From NCBI GenBank assembly GCA_963737905.1, contig CAVTUQ010000037.1:128001-192000 (forward strand): DNA of 64,000 nucleotides, read 5' to 3'. Below, in pieces: positions 38,919-50,286 of this stretch. Source of the DNA: an uncultured delta proteobacterium. Its GTDB lineage: Bacteria > Desulfobacterota > Binatia > UBA9968. Both the position numbers and the translations under genes were made by a program. The notes beneath the pieces are model-generated. The model saw nothing but the letters and a program-made list of their open reading frames with translations, had not been told where the DNA came from and ran no database searches. Numbering within the stretch: the first letter of the stretch is position 1; each line of letters opens with the position of its first letter.

Positions 38919-40221
38919 TAGGAAACCAGAGGATGATCTCGGGAAAAATGATGCAGAGTGCAAGGCCGATTAACTGCAAGGCAATGAAGGGGATCGCAGA
39001 CCACCAAATTTCCCGCGTGGTGATGCCGAGCCGCACTCCTATGGCTCCTGCAAGATAGAAGAGTGCATAGCCAAACGGCGGGGAGAGAAAAGAAATTTGC
39101 ATGTTCACGGCGTAAAGCACGCCGAACCAGATCGGGTCGAAGCCTAGCTTCTTGATGATCGGGACAAAGATAGGAACGCAGAGCATCAGGATGCCGACCC
39201 AGTCCAGGAAGCAGCCGAGGAAAAGCAAGATTAGCTGCATAAGGAACAGAATTCCCCATGGGCCCAGACCGGAGCCAAGAAGAGAATCTTCGACGAATCT
39301 GCCGCCGCCAACCGCCACGTAAAGGGCGACAAAGAGATTGGCTCCGAAGATGGTCCAGAGGACCATGGAGGTGGCCTTGAGCGTGTTTTCGCACGCCTGG
39401 TAGAGCTTCAACCAACTGAACTTTCGCTGAAGAGTGACAATTAGAATCGCCCCAAAGGCACCGACTCCGGCGGCCTCGGTCGGCGATGCGATACCGGCGA
39501 ACATAGTTCCTAGCACCACCACAACGAGAACCATGGGGACAAGGACGCCACGCGCGATCTTGAGTTTCTGAACGAAGGACATCCGCTCCTCGAGGGGAAC
39601 CGGCGGACCCATCTCGGGCCGGACCCAGCAGCGCACGGTGATATAGGCGATGTAGAGACCGGACAAGAGAAGGCCGGGTAGAAACGAGCCGGCGTACAGC
39701 TGGCCGATCGACTCGTTGGCCACCAGGCCGTAGACAATCATGAGGACGCTGGGAGGTATCAGAATCCCGAGAGTCCCTCCTGCGAGAACGGCTCCCATCG
39801 CCAGACGTTTGTCGTAACCGCGTTTGAACATTTCAGGCAGCGCGATCATGCTCATCGTAGTCTCGCTGGCGCCGATCACGCCTACCATAGCGGCAAGAAT
39901 GGTGCAGGCAACCACCGTCGCTGATGCCACGCCCCCACGGACCCCACCCATCCAGCGATAGATAACCTCGTAGAGCTCCTCCATGATCCCGCTGCGCTCG
40001 AGGATCGCAGCCATGAAAATAAAAAGCGGGATGGCGGCCAATAGATAATTGTTCATCAAGGTAAAGGTGCGCACCACGCCGAGGCTTGCTCCAGAGGGGC
40101 CGAGCAGAAAAAGGGTAAAGATCATGCCAATGCTGCCACAGGCGAACGCCACCGGCATACCCGCTAGAAGCACCAGCAATAGGGAGCCGAACATCAGGAA
40201 GGTGATCCACTCGATGTTCAT
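38902..40221 (-). CDS. dctM: TRAP transporter large permease DctM
   Basis: AIPLFIFM, GTLGILIPPS, SPTEAAGVG, SPPFG. Confidence 0.92.
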   Translation of the reverse strand: MNIEWITFLMFGSLLLVLLAGMPVAFACGSIGMIFTLFLLGPSGASLGVVRTFTLMNNYLLAAIPLFIFMAAILERSGIMEELYEVIYRWMGGVRGGVASATVVACTILAAMVGVIGASETTMSMIALPEMFKRGYDKRLAMGAVLAGGTLGILIPPSVLMIVYGLVANESIGQLYAGSFLPGLLLSGLYIAYITVRCWVRPEMGPPVPLEERMSFVQKLKIARGVLVPMVLVVVVLGTMFAGIASPTEAAGVGAFGAILIVTLQRKFSWLKLYQACENTLKATSMVLWTIFGANLFVALYVAVGGGRFVEDSLLGSGLGPWGILFLMQLILLFLGCFLDWVGILMLCVPIFVPIIKKLGFDPIWFGVLYAVNMQISFLSPPFGYALFYLAGAIGVRLGITTREIWWSAIPFIALQLIGLALCIIFPEIILWFPNVLYR

Positions 40222-40730
40222 TTAAGCTCGCTCCCCGTTACAGCGAAGTAAAAGTCACGAATGAAGTTGGCGCCACCCTGTAACAGGAGGAGCAGCGAAC
40301 CGAGGAACACTGTGAACTTCACGGGGTAGAGAGGTGGACCCCAATCGGTGAACGACAGTTCCCACATTTTCTGAGAGTCCCAGTAGAAGAACCAACCGGT
40401 ATAGGTCATCACCCCCACATAAAGGAAAAACAGGAGAGCCGTTAGCGCGTCCATTCGGGCTCTGTTGCGCGGCGAGAGAGACTGATAGACAACGTCCACG
40501 CGGACGTGAGATTTTGAGTAGTGAGCAAAGGCGCCAGAGAGGATATACTGCATGCCGAAGATGAGGGTCATCGACTCATGGGCCCAGTTGGTCGGACGGT
40601 CAAAAACATACCGCGCGATAACCTCGAAGGTGATGATCAAAACCGCTAGAAGCGTCCACCACGCGAGGATCCTTCCTGAAACCAAACTGGTCTTATCAAT
40701 CCAACGAACGATCTTCTCCAAATGTTCCAC
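40218..40730 (-). CDS. dctQ: TRAP transporter small permease DctQ
   Basis: EVIARYVF..PT.WAHE, HVRVD; four TM segments. Confidence 0.9.
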   Translation of the reverse strand: MEHLEKIVRWIDKTSLVSGRILAWWTLLAVLIITFEVIARYVFDRPTNWAHESMTLIFGMQYILSGAFAHYSKSHVRVDVVYQSLSPRNRARMDALTALLFFLYVGVMTYTGWFFYWDSQKMWELSFTDWGPPLYPVKFTVFLGSLLLLLQGGANFIRDFYFAVTGSELK

Positions 40731-40833
40731 AGATGCTTTCGATTAAACCTGCTCGCCACAGCGCCAAGGCAGAACCGCGTGGGTGCTGCCTCCGCCCCCA
40801 TTGAGTTACACTACCGAGATGCTGATGATTAGA

Positions 40834-41986
<1,153 letters not shown>

Positions 41987-42130
41987 AGTCCTCCTCCTTT
42001 TGTTAGAGCACGGGGACAGCGATACCCGGCCTATATACCTTTACTCGGGGATTTGCGTCAATCTTTCTTTCTTGCACCCCTCGTTGTCCTCAGATAGGCT
42101 AGGCTCGCTTCATAAAACAGCCGCCTGATT

Positions 42131-43602
42131 ATGGCTATCACTCCACAAGTGCAACGACCCGATGGGAAGAACAATCACGCTCTCATAATGGAGCTGCGTG
42201 CGATTGTAGGTGAGTTCTACGTTCTCTTCGAGAAAGAAGACGTCATCGTCTACGAGCAGGATGGTTCGATCTTTCAAGTGATGCCGGAAGTGGTGGTCGT
42301 TCCCGGGGACGTGCAGCAGGTAGCCGCGGTCGTCAAGGCCGCGAAGCGAGCCAATGTGCCGATCGTTCCACGCGGCTCCGGGACCGGACTTGCCGGCGGC
42401 GCCGTTCCAGCCGAAGGGGGTATTGTCCTCTCGTTAGCGCGGCTAATCGCATTCTGAAAATCGATCTGCAAAATCGCATGGCCATTGTCGAACCCGGTGT
42501 GATCAATATCGACGTCACGAAAGCGGTGGCCGGGGACGGTTACTTTTACGCACCCGATCCCAGCAGCCAGGTCGCCTGCTCCATCGGTGGCAATGTCGCC
42601 AACAACTCGGGCGGGCCGCACACCCTCGCCTATGGGGTAACGACGAACCACGTCCTAGGCGTCGAAGCGGTGTTGGACGATGGGCAGATCGTCTGGCTCG
42701 GCGGCGAGGTTCCAGACGCCCCGGGCTACGATCTTTGCGGACTCTTTGTTGGCTCCGAAGGAACCATGGGAATCGTCACCAAGGTCGCAGTGAGACTCAT
42801 GCAGACTCGCGAGTCCGTGCGCACGTTGCTGGCGATCTTCGACGCGATGGATATAGCGACTCGGACGGTCGTCGATATCACGGGTGCGGGGATCATCCCC
42901 GCGGCGCTGGAAATGATGGACCGGACAACGATAGAGGCAGTGGAAACCGGTTCCCCCGTCGGTTTCCCTCGCGACGCCGAAGCCGTGCTGATCGTGGAAG
43001 TCGAAGGTATCCTTGAACAGACCGAGCGTTCACTGAATCTCGCGCGCACGGTCTGCGAGCGCAATGGCGCTCGGGAGGTGCGAGTTGCCAAAGACGACGC
43101 CGAGCGACAACTGCTCTGGAAGGGCAGAAAAGGCGCTTTCGGAGCCATGGGCGCTTTGGCGCCGAACTATTATGTTCAAGACGGCGTTGTGCCGCGCAGT
43201 AAACTGCCGGAAATGATGAAACGCGTGGCCCAAATCAGCAAACAATATAACCTTCGGATCGCCAATGTCTTTCATGCCGGCGACGGCAACCTTCATCCAA
43301 ATATCCTTTTCGATATGCGGATACCGGGCGAACTGGATCGCGTCATCGAAGCAGGAGCAGCCACGCTGCGCGCTTGCATCGAGCTCGGCGGCAGCATCAC
43401 CGGCGAGCACGGCGTCGGACTGGAGAAAAAAGCTTACATCGGACTCCTGTTCAACGAAGCCGATCTCGAAGCCATGTCCCGGGTTCGACGAGCCTTCGAT
43501 CCCGATGGACGATTCAACCCCGCAAAACTGTTCCCAACGCCTATCAGTTGTGGCGAGATGCGCCGGCAACCAGCCAATATTCCGGCGGGATTGTGGATCT
43601 AA
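42131..43602 (+). CDS. glcD: Glycolate/lactate dehydrogenase FAD subunit GlcD (frameshift near 42445)
   Basis: PRGSGTGLAGGA, DPSSQVACSIGGNVA, HAGDGNLHP, GEHGVG. Confidence 0.88.
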
Positions 43603-43683
43603 AAGAAAAAGGTCTCGGGTTTCAGGTTTCGGGTTTCGGGTTGAGAACGCGAGACTCCAAACTCAAAGGCTCGAAACTGGGAG

Positions 43684-45013
43684 ATGACTGCCTTGAATCA
43701 CGTCGACCAGAATCAAAACCCAACTGATCGGCCAAAAATCGCGGCGCTGGACCTCCCAGAACTCTATCAATGCGTCCATTGTGGACTGTGTCTGAATCAA
43801 TGCCCGACGTACCGGGCACTGCGGTTGGAGCCAGAATCGCCGCGCGGCAGAATACATCTGGTCCGCGCCGCCGCCGATGGGCGCATCGAGCTCAACCAAC
43901 GCTTCCAGGATCACTTGTATCTCTGCCTGCTCTGCCGTGCCTGCGAGACGGCTTGTCCTTCCGGAGTCCAGTATGGACGCATTGCTGAAACGGTGCGGGA
44001 GATCATCGGCCCGCCGGGATCGAAGCTTACACGCGCCGCTTTAAACTTCTCCTTTACCCAACTACTCCCCTATCCCCGACGCTTGAGACTGGCGGCTGCG
44101 CTCTTGCGATTATACCAGCGCAGCGGATTGCGACGAGCGATCCGCCCATTGTTACCGGAGCGGTTGCGGACAATGGAGTCGATGTTGCCGCCAATCTCAC
44201 AACGTTTCTTTACGCCGGATGCGGGTATTTTACCTGCCATCGGCGCCCGCCGAGCTACAGTCGCCATGCTTAACGGCTGCGTCATGCCGCTGATGTTCAG
44301 CGACGTGAATGAAGCTACCGTGCGCGTGCTGCGACGTAACGGTTGCGACGTTGTCTTTCCCCGAAATCAGATTTGCTGCGGTGCGCTCAACGTTCACAAC
44401 GGTGAAAGCGTGGCGGCGAAACAGATGGCCCGGCGCAACATCGATGCTTTCCTCGACGCCGGCGTTGATACAGTCATCGTCAACGCCGCCGGTTGCGGCG
44501 CGGCCATGAAAGAGTACGACCATCTGCTGCGCGATGATCCGACTCTATGCGGAGAAGGCGAAACGATTCAGTTCTATCGTCAAGGATGCCGCGCAGTTTC
44601 TCGGCGATCTCGGCCTTGTGGGTAAGCTCGCGCCCTTGAAAATGACTGTTACTTATCAAGACCCCTGTCATCTCGCGCATGGCCAGCGTGTGCGCAACCA
44701 ACCGCGGAATTTGTTGAAATCGATTCCCGGACTGCAAGTCAAAGAGATGGATGGCTCGGATCGGTGCTGCGGCAGTGCCGGGATATACAACATTACCCAC
44801 CCCGAAATGTCACAACATCTTCTTAGAGAAAAAATGCAATCCGTGGCCTCAACCGAAGCCGATTCGGTGGTCGCGCCCAATCCCGGCTGCATGCTCCAAC
44901 TCCGCTACGGCTCGCAACGATACGGACCCGAGGTAAAAGTCTATCATCTCATGGATCTCCTCGACCGCGCCTATAGCGAGGCCGAAGCTTCGTCAGCAAA
45001 AAATGAAGTCTAG
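43684..45013 (+). CDS. glcF: Glycolate dehydrogenase Fe-S subunit GlcF (frameshift near 44545)
   Basis: CVHCGLCLNQCP, CLLCRACETACP and two CCG domains. Confidence 0.88.
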
Positions 45014-46311
45014 CGGCGATCGACTCGCGCAATTGCTCGAAGGGGAGCTCGGCGCTGGCGCTGTCATCAACGAGCCGTCTTTACTCGCGGCCCACAACAT
45101 CGATGGCAGAGAGCCGGCGGTTCTCTGTTTTCCCGGCAAACCCTGAACAGGTCGCCGTCGCATTACGCCTCTGCTCCGAGGCGAGCGCCACCGTTACTCC
45201 GTGGGGCAGCGGAACAGCCATGAGAATCGGTAATGAGCCTCGGCGAGTCGAGGTCGTCATCGGATTGGAGCGGCTAAACCAGTTAGTGGAACATGATCAA
45301 GCCAATCTGACGGCAACCGTCCAGAGCGGGCGCACGTTGACCGCTTTGCAAGAAGTCCTCGCGCAGCACAATCAATTCTTGCCTTTCGATCCTCCCGCGG
45401 CCGCGCGCGCAACCGCCGGCGGGATCGTGGCAACGAACTTGAACGGACCGAGACGCAGTTATTACGGCAGCGTACGCGACTTGGTCATCGGCATGAAGAT
45501 CGTGCTCGCGACAGGCGAGCAGATCAAGGCCGGCGGCAAGGTGGTAAAAAATGTCGCCGGTTACGATATGTGTAAACTCTTTGTCGGCTCCCTCGGCACG
45601 CTGGGAATTATTACCGAAGTCACTCTGCGAATGGCGCCGATTCCGGATACCGAAGCGACGATCATCGCTTCCGGGACTTTGCCGGAAGTAGGGCAATTTA
45701 CCGAAGAACTATCTCGTTCGAAGCTACTGCCATCGGCGGTTTTTCTTTTGAACGCCCAGGCAAGCAAAGCAACCGATCCTGCGCCGAGCGATTGGCGCGT
45801 TGCCGTATGGTGTGAGGGGTTCGAAGAAACCGTCGCCCGTCATCTCCGCGATGCAACGTCGATGGCTCAAAAGATTGGCCTTGCCACCGTGATTCTACGA
45901 GAAAAGGATCACCGCCGATTTTGGGAAGAGATGCGTGATTTTCCGCTTCAAGTCGATCGAACGGTTTATCGCGTAACGGTGCCGCGTTCATCGGCGGCGG
46001 ACGTCATAGAGACGGTGCATAACCGGTCACAAGCAGAAGTTCGCCCGGAGATAGTCAGCGACGCCGCTATGGGAACAGTCTGGATATCTTTGGGTGTCGA
46101 CGACCTGGCAGCTCAGTGGTTCGCCAAACTGATTGACGAAGCCCGAGCGCATCGGGGTCATGCAATTGTTCTTGCCGCGCCAGCCCATTTGAAACGAGGT
46201 ATCGATGTCTGGGGACCGCCTCCTCCGACGCTTCCATTGATGCGCGAGATCAAGCGCCAGTTCGATCCCAAGGGGTTACTCAACCCGGGTCGGTTTGTAG
46301 GAGGTATTTGA
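45003..46311 (+). CDS. glcE: Glycolate dehydrogenase FAD subunit GlcE (frameshift near 45130)
   Basis: GGKVVKNVAGYDMCKL, FDPKGLLNPGR. ATG 45003 overlaps the end of glcF. Confidence 0.87.
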
Positions 46312-46335
46312 CCTTGAGCGCGTTACCGCAGAGCC

Positions 46336-46839
46336 TTAGAAGAGACGCACAACCCACTCGCTCATAAGATTATCCAAGCCGTAAGCCCCTGATCCCCGGA
46401 CCGTGAAGTAAAGAGCTGCGGCCAAGAAAACAAGATTGTCGCGCAGCCCTACCTCGTGGGCATGAAAGGCTTGTCGATCAAAGCTTCGAAAGTAGTTCTG
46501 TGCTTTATCATCGCCAATGGCGTTTTTGACCACCGGAACCATAGTCGGTAAAACCTTGAGCCAATAGAAGTGCAAGTTGAAGGTCGGAATCAAGAAGATG
46601 ATCAACATAAGCGAACAGATCTGGGTCTGAAAGCCACTCGCCACACCCAGACCGCCGACAACCATCAGCACGGTCGCGATGAAGCCGAAAAAGGGCGCGC
46701 CTTTGGGGAACAGGATACAGGCGGTCTGCACGGGATTCGGCCAACGACGGATGTTGCTAAGGCCGCTGATCAAAAAACGCCAGCCTAAAATGATCCGAAG
46801 AACTGCCTCAGCCATCGATACTAGGTATGTGGGCTCCAA
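46336..46839 (-). CDS. DoxX-family membrane protein
   Basis: LRIILG..FL.SG, H.YW, GSGAYGLD. Confidence 0.72.
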   Translation of the reverse strand: MEPTYLVSMAEAVLRIILGWRFLISGLSNIRRWPNPVQTACILFPKGAPFFGFIATVLMVVGGLGVASGFQTQICSLMLIIFLIPTFNLHFYWLKVLPTMVPVVKNAIGDDKAQNYFRSFDRQAFHAHEVGLRDNLVFLAAALYFTVRGSGAYGLDNLMSEWVVRLF

Positions 46840-47065
46840 AGTTTTCCTCCTAGCGGTTCGTCAAACAAATGACGGGGAACTATAGTGATTCGGTGGCTTG
46901 CCGTCAATTACCTCCAGAGTTCTCATCCGTAGTCTATTCCTTGCCAAATTTGTCACACAAACGGCTCGAATTCGATTGTTTCTGCCTTAGAAATTATTTA
47001 CAATGCGGCACTTATGAATTCCAAGTTCATGGCATGCGAGTTGCTCGATACGGCTCTCAATTGAG

Positions 47066-48289
47066 GTGACGATGAAGCACGCCCCACGATGGCTCCTCTC
47101 ACTTTTAGTTTTTTGGGTGGCATTCTCGCCAGGGAACACACAGTCCCAAATCAAACCGGGCACTGAAGACCCGTTTCCGCTGCTGCCGGGTCTGGAGAGC
47201 TCTGTTGAGTTCTGGAAAAAAATCTTCACCGAGTATTCCAGATCGCAATTGGTCTATTTCGATCCCCTCGACATGAGCAGGATCTACGAAGTCGTGGACG
47301 TGGGTGAGGACAACCGCACCGATGACTATATCAACGCAGAGCGACAACGGATTGCGGCCGTTAATGGCGTCGATATCGAGCGGATTAAAGCTCAGAGGGG
47401 AATCAAAGAGCGGACGGCTGCCGGTCTGAAACGCTCCGGTCGACACATCGCACAGATGCAGCAGATCTTCAGGGATCGCGGGCTGCCGGTCGAACTGACT
47501 TATCTTCCCGTCGTTGAATCCTCGTATGATATTAACGCTCGATCCAATGTCGGCGCTTTAGGCATGTGGCAATTCATGCACACCACGGGCAGACAATACA
47601 TGCGCGTCGACCGGTCCATTGATGAAAGAAGGGACCCCATCGAATCCACGCGCGCCGCCGCCTTATTTCTCCAGCAAACCTATGACACTTTAGGGACTTG
47701 GCCCCTGGCGATCACCGCATACAACTTCGGACCCGGCGGTATGGCCCGAGCGGTCGCGGCAATCGAATCGGACAACTTGGTAGAACTCATCAGTCAATAC
47801 AATCATCCCTATTGGGGTTTTGCCCCCAAGAACTTTTACGCGGAGTTCTTGGCCGCGGTAGAAATAGGAAAGAATGTCAACCAATACTTTCCTGAGCTAG
47901 AGCTTGACTCACCCGTGGCCATTAAGGAGATCGAGGTAAAAAACAGCGTGTCGGTGGCTGCCCTTGCCAAAAGCACAGGGTTGACGCGAGATCAGCTCTT
48001 GGGATGGAATCCTGCCCTGAGCACGCAGACCCGACTGGTTCCTGCCGGCTACCGAGTGAAGGTGCCAGTCGATTCAAGAATGGAGCCCGTCATCGAAGTC
48101 GCTCAGCGCCAGCCGCAGCCACAGGAACAAAAGCCGCAGGTGGTCCGCCATCAGGTCAAACGCGGCGAAACACTTTTTCAAATTGCCCGGCGTTACGGGG
48201 CGTCTGTGGAGCGAATTCTCAAGGTAAACGGCATGGGAAAAAGCCATCGTCTCCAGGCTGGAACAACGCTGTTGATTCCCAAACTTTAG
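47066..48289 (+). CDS. Lytic transglycosylase (MltD-like) with LysM
   Basis: LPVVESSY, GMWQFM, AYNFG and C-terminal HQVKRGETLFQIARRYG. Confidence 0.9.
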   Translation: MTMKHAPRWLLSLLVFWVAFSPGNTQSQIKPGTEDPFPLLPGLESSVEFWKKIFTEYSRSQLVYFDPLDMSRIYEVVDVGEDNRTDDYINAERQRIAAVNGVDIERIKAQRGIKERTAAGLKRSGRHIAQMQQIFRDRGLPVELTYLPVVESSYDINARSNVGALGMWQFMHTTGRQYMRVDRSIDERRDPIESTRAAALFLQQTYDTLGTWPLAITAYNFGPGGMARAVAAIESDNLVELISQYNHPYWGFAPKNFYAEFLAAVEIGKNVNQYFPELELDSPVAIKEIEVKNSVSVAALAKSTGLTRDQLLGWNPALSTQTRLVPAGYRVKVPVDSRMEPVIEVAQRQPQPQEQKPQVVRHQVKRGETLFQIARRYGASVERILKVNGMGKSHRLQAGTTLLIPKL

Positions 48290-48431
48290 CCGTCTGTTTT
48301 TTTCAAGCTCCCGGCGATAAGCGCCCGTCAACTGCCAATTTCTTGGTCATCTTATCGCTCCCCAACCTCAAGATGCGATAAACAGCCCCATTCCGCGGCC
48401 AGCCCGAGTCTTGTTGTTTCTTGTCACTTGG

Positions 48432-48461
48432 TTGACAAACTTTTTACGTGCGGCTTATAGT
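48432..48461 (+). promoter_or_regulatory. Sigma70-like promoter
   Basis: TTGACA-N18-TATAGT upstream of the SBP/HDO pair. Confidence 0.55.
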
Positions 48462-48480
48462 CGCGCCGTGGTAATGAAGT

Positions 48481-49467
48481 TTGCAAGAAGTCGACTCGCT
48501 ATTCGCCGTACCTGCGTTCTGGTTTGCCACCGTTGCCCTTTTCTCGTGTCTTTTGCGGCTCACGGTTCCGTCTTTTGCTCAAGAAGGCAGAAAAACGCGC
48601 ATGGCCTATTCCGCTTTCAGCGTATCGTTCTTGAATATCTTCGTCGCCCGTGACGCAGGGCTTTTTAAGAAACACGGTCTCGACGTCGAGCTCATTCAGA
48701 TGGCCGGGCCGTTGCCGATAGCCGCCCTATCCGCAGGCGAAATCGACTACTTAACCGGCTATACGACGGGATTGGTCGCGGCAAGCCAGGGGGCGCCATT
48801 GAAGGGTCTCATCGTCACCATGAGAAAACCGCCCTTCTACATCGTGTCGGAACCTGCCATTCAAAAACCGGAGGACCTTGCCGGCAAGAGGTTCGCGGTA
48901 GATAGGATCGGCAGCCTCCAGCATCTGGTCGCACGGGTATTTCTCAAAACCAAAGGGATGAATCCGGAAAAAGTCATCTTTACTCAAACCGGATCGGTAT
49001 CCAACACGGTCACGAGTCTCGGTCAGGGGGCAGTCTCGGCGGCGCTGCTTTCGGGTCCCCATAATGTCATCATGGTGCAAAAGGGCTTCAGGCAGATCGG
49101 TGGCGCAGATGAACTGCCCGTAAATTTTCCCACCAGCGGCCTCGTGGTTCATGAAGCCAAAATCAGGAGTGATGCCAATCGAATCAAGACCGTTATACGA
49201 GCGATGCTCGATTCCCTGACCTTCAGCCAGCGGGAGAGGGCATGGATGATCAATTACGTCAAAGACAAATGGAAACTGGACACGAAAGTCGCCGAAACCG
49301 TGTATGAACAATGGCTATCGACTCTGGCTCCTGATGGGAAGGTAAATCTCAAAGAACTCCAGGATTATTTCGACTTAGCCTATAGCTTCAAGCAGATTCC
49401 TGCTCCGGTTCATGTGCCTGCGGTGACAGACTACACTCTGCTCGATCAGGTTTTGGCCGGAAAATAG
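48481..49467 (+). CDS. NitT/TauT (NMT1/SsuA-like) substrate-binding protein
   Basis: ARDAGLFKKHGLDVELI, AALSAGEID, EDLAGKR. The start is uncertain. Confidence 0.83.
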   Translation: MQEVDSLFAVPAFWFATVALFSCLLRLTVPSFAQEGRKTRMAYSAFSVSFLNIFVARDAGLFKKHGLDVELIQMAGPLPIAALSAGEIDYLTGYTTGLVAASQGAPLKGLIVTMRKPPFYIVSEPAIQKPEDLAGKRFAVDRIGSLQHLVARVFLKTKGMNPEKVIFTQTGSVSNTVTSLGQGAVSAALLSGPHNVIMVQKGFRQIGGADELPVNFPTSGLVVHEAKIRSDANRIKTVIRAMLDSLTFSQRERAWMINYVKDKWKLDTKVAETVYEQWLSTLAPDGKVNLKELQDYFDLAYSFKQIPAPVHVPAVTDYTLLDQVLAGK

Positions 49468-49590
49468 CGACCTAGTAAATCATAGCGTGAGCAAACTAAG
49501 TTTTAACCAAAACGTCTCGATCTCTGGTCTGGTGTTAACTCGAGACCCGAAACCCGAGACTCGAAACTGTTAAAGCGAAGGAGCTAATTT

Positions 49591-50259
49591 ATGGATGGCA
49601 AAGCAATCGTTCAATCGGTAATTAAGGAAATCGTCCAACCCGGCATACAACGTCTCATGGAGAGCCGCTATTTCTCCGAGTTGCGCGATGGAAAGCTTTC
49701 GACCCGAAGACTGCAAGGATGGGCCATTCAGCATTATTTGCACAATAAGGCGATTCTCAAATCGTTCGCCCTCGGCATGGTTAAGAACGCTCACGACCAG
49801 GAGTTGTTCAATTATTACACCTACCAGTTCAACGAGGAGCAGACCCATCCCGATCTGGCAAAAAAGTTCGGGCTCGCGCTGGGGCTCAAAGAAGAAGATT
49901 TTGCCGACGCAACCCAGATCTTCGAGTGCCAGATCCATTCCGCGCGCACGATTTACAACACGCTAATTGGCGGTGGCCCGCTGAGCCGCGCATCGGCGCT
50001 GACCAGCGAAAGCATGGTTTGCCGCTATTCCGAGGAGTTCAATACCTATCTACGCAAGAATTACGGCCTAAACGACGACGCGCTCACGTTCTTCACGGTG
50101 CACATGGTCGCCGACAAAGAGCACACCGCTCAATCCGCCGAACGAATCGCACTGGCCGTGAAAACGCCGCGCGACGAGCGAGTGGTGCGCGAGAACGCGC
50201 AATACATGGTGCGGATCAAGCTGGGCAAATTTGAAGGAATTTACCAGGCATACGCTTGA
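49591..50259 (+). CDS. Heme-oxygenase-like (TenA/PqqC/CADD superfamily) iron-dependent enzyme
   Basis: WAIQHY, EEQTH, SES and FFTVHMVADKEH, a candidate dimetal ligand set. Confidence 0.72.
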   Translation: MDGKAIVQSVIKEIVQPGIQRLMESRYFSELRDGKLSTRRLQGWAIQHYLHNKAILKSFALGMVKNAHDQELFNYYTYQFNEEQTHPDLAKKFGLALGLKEEDFADATQIFECQIHSARTIYNTLIGGGPLSRASALTSESMVCRYSEEFNTYLRKNYGLNDDALTFFTVHMVADKEHTAQSAERIALAVKTPRDERVVRENAQYMVRIKLGKFEGIYQAYA

Positions 50260-50286
50260 CCACGCGGGAGATACCTTGGCCGGTTG

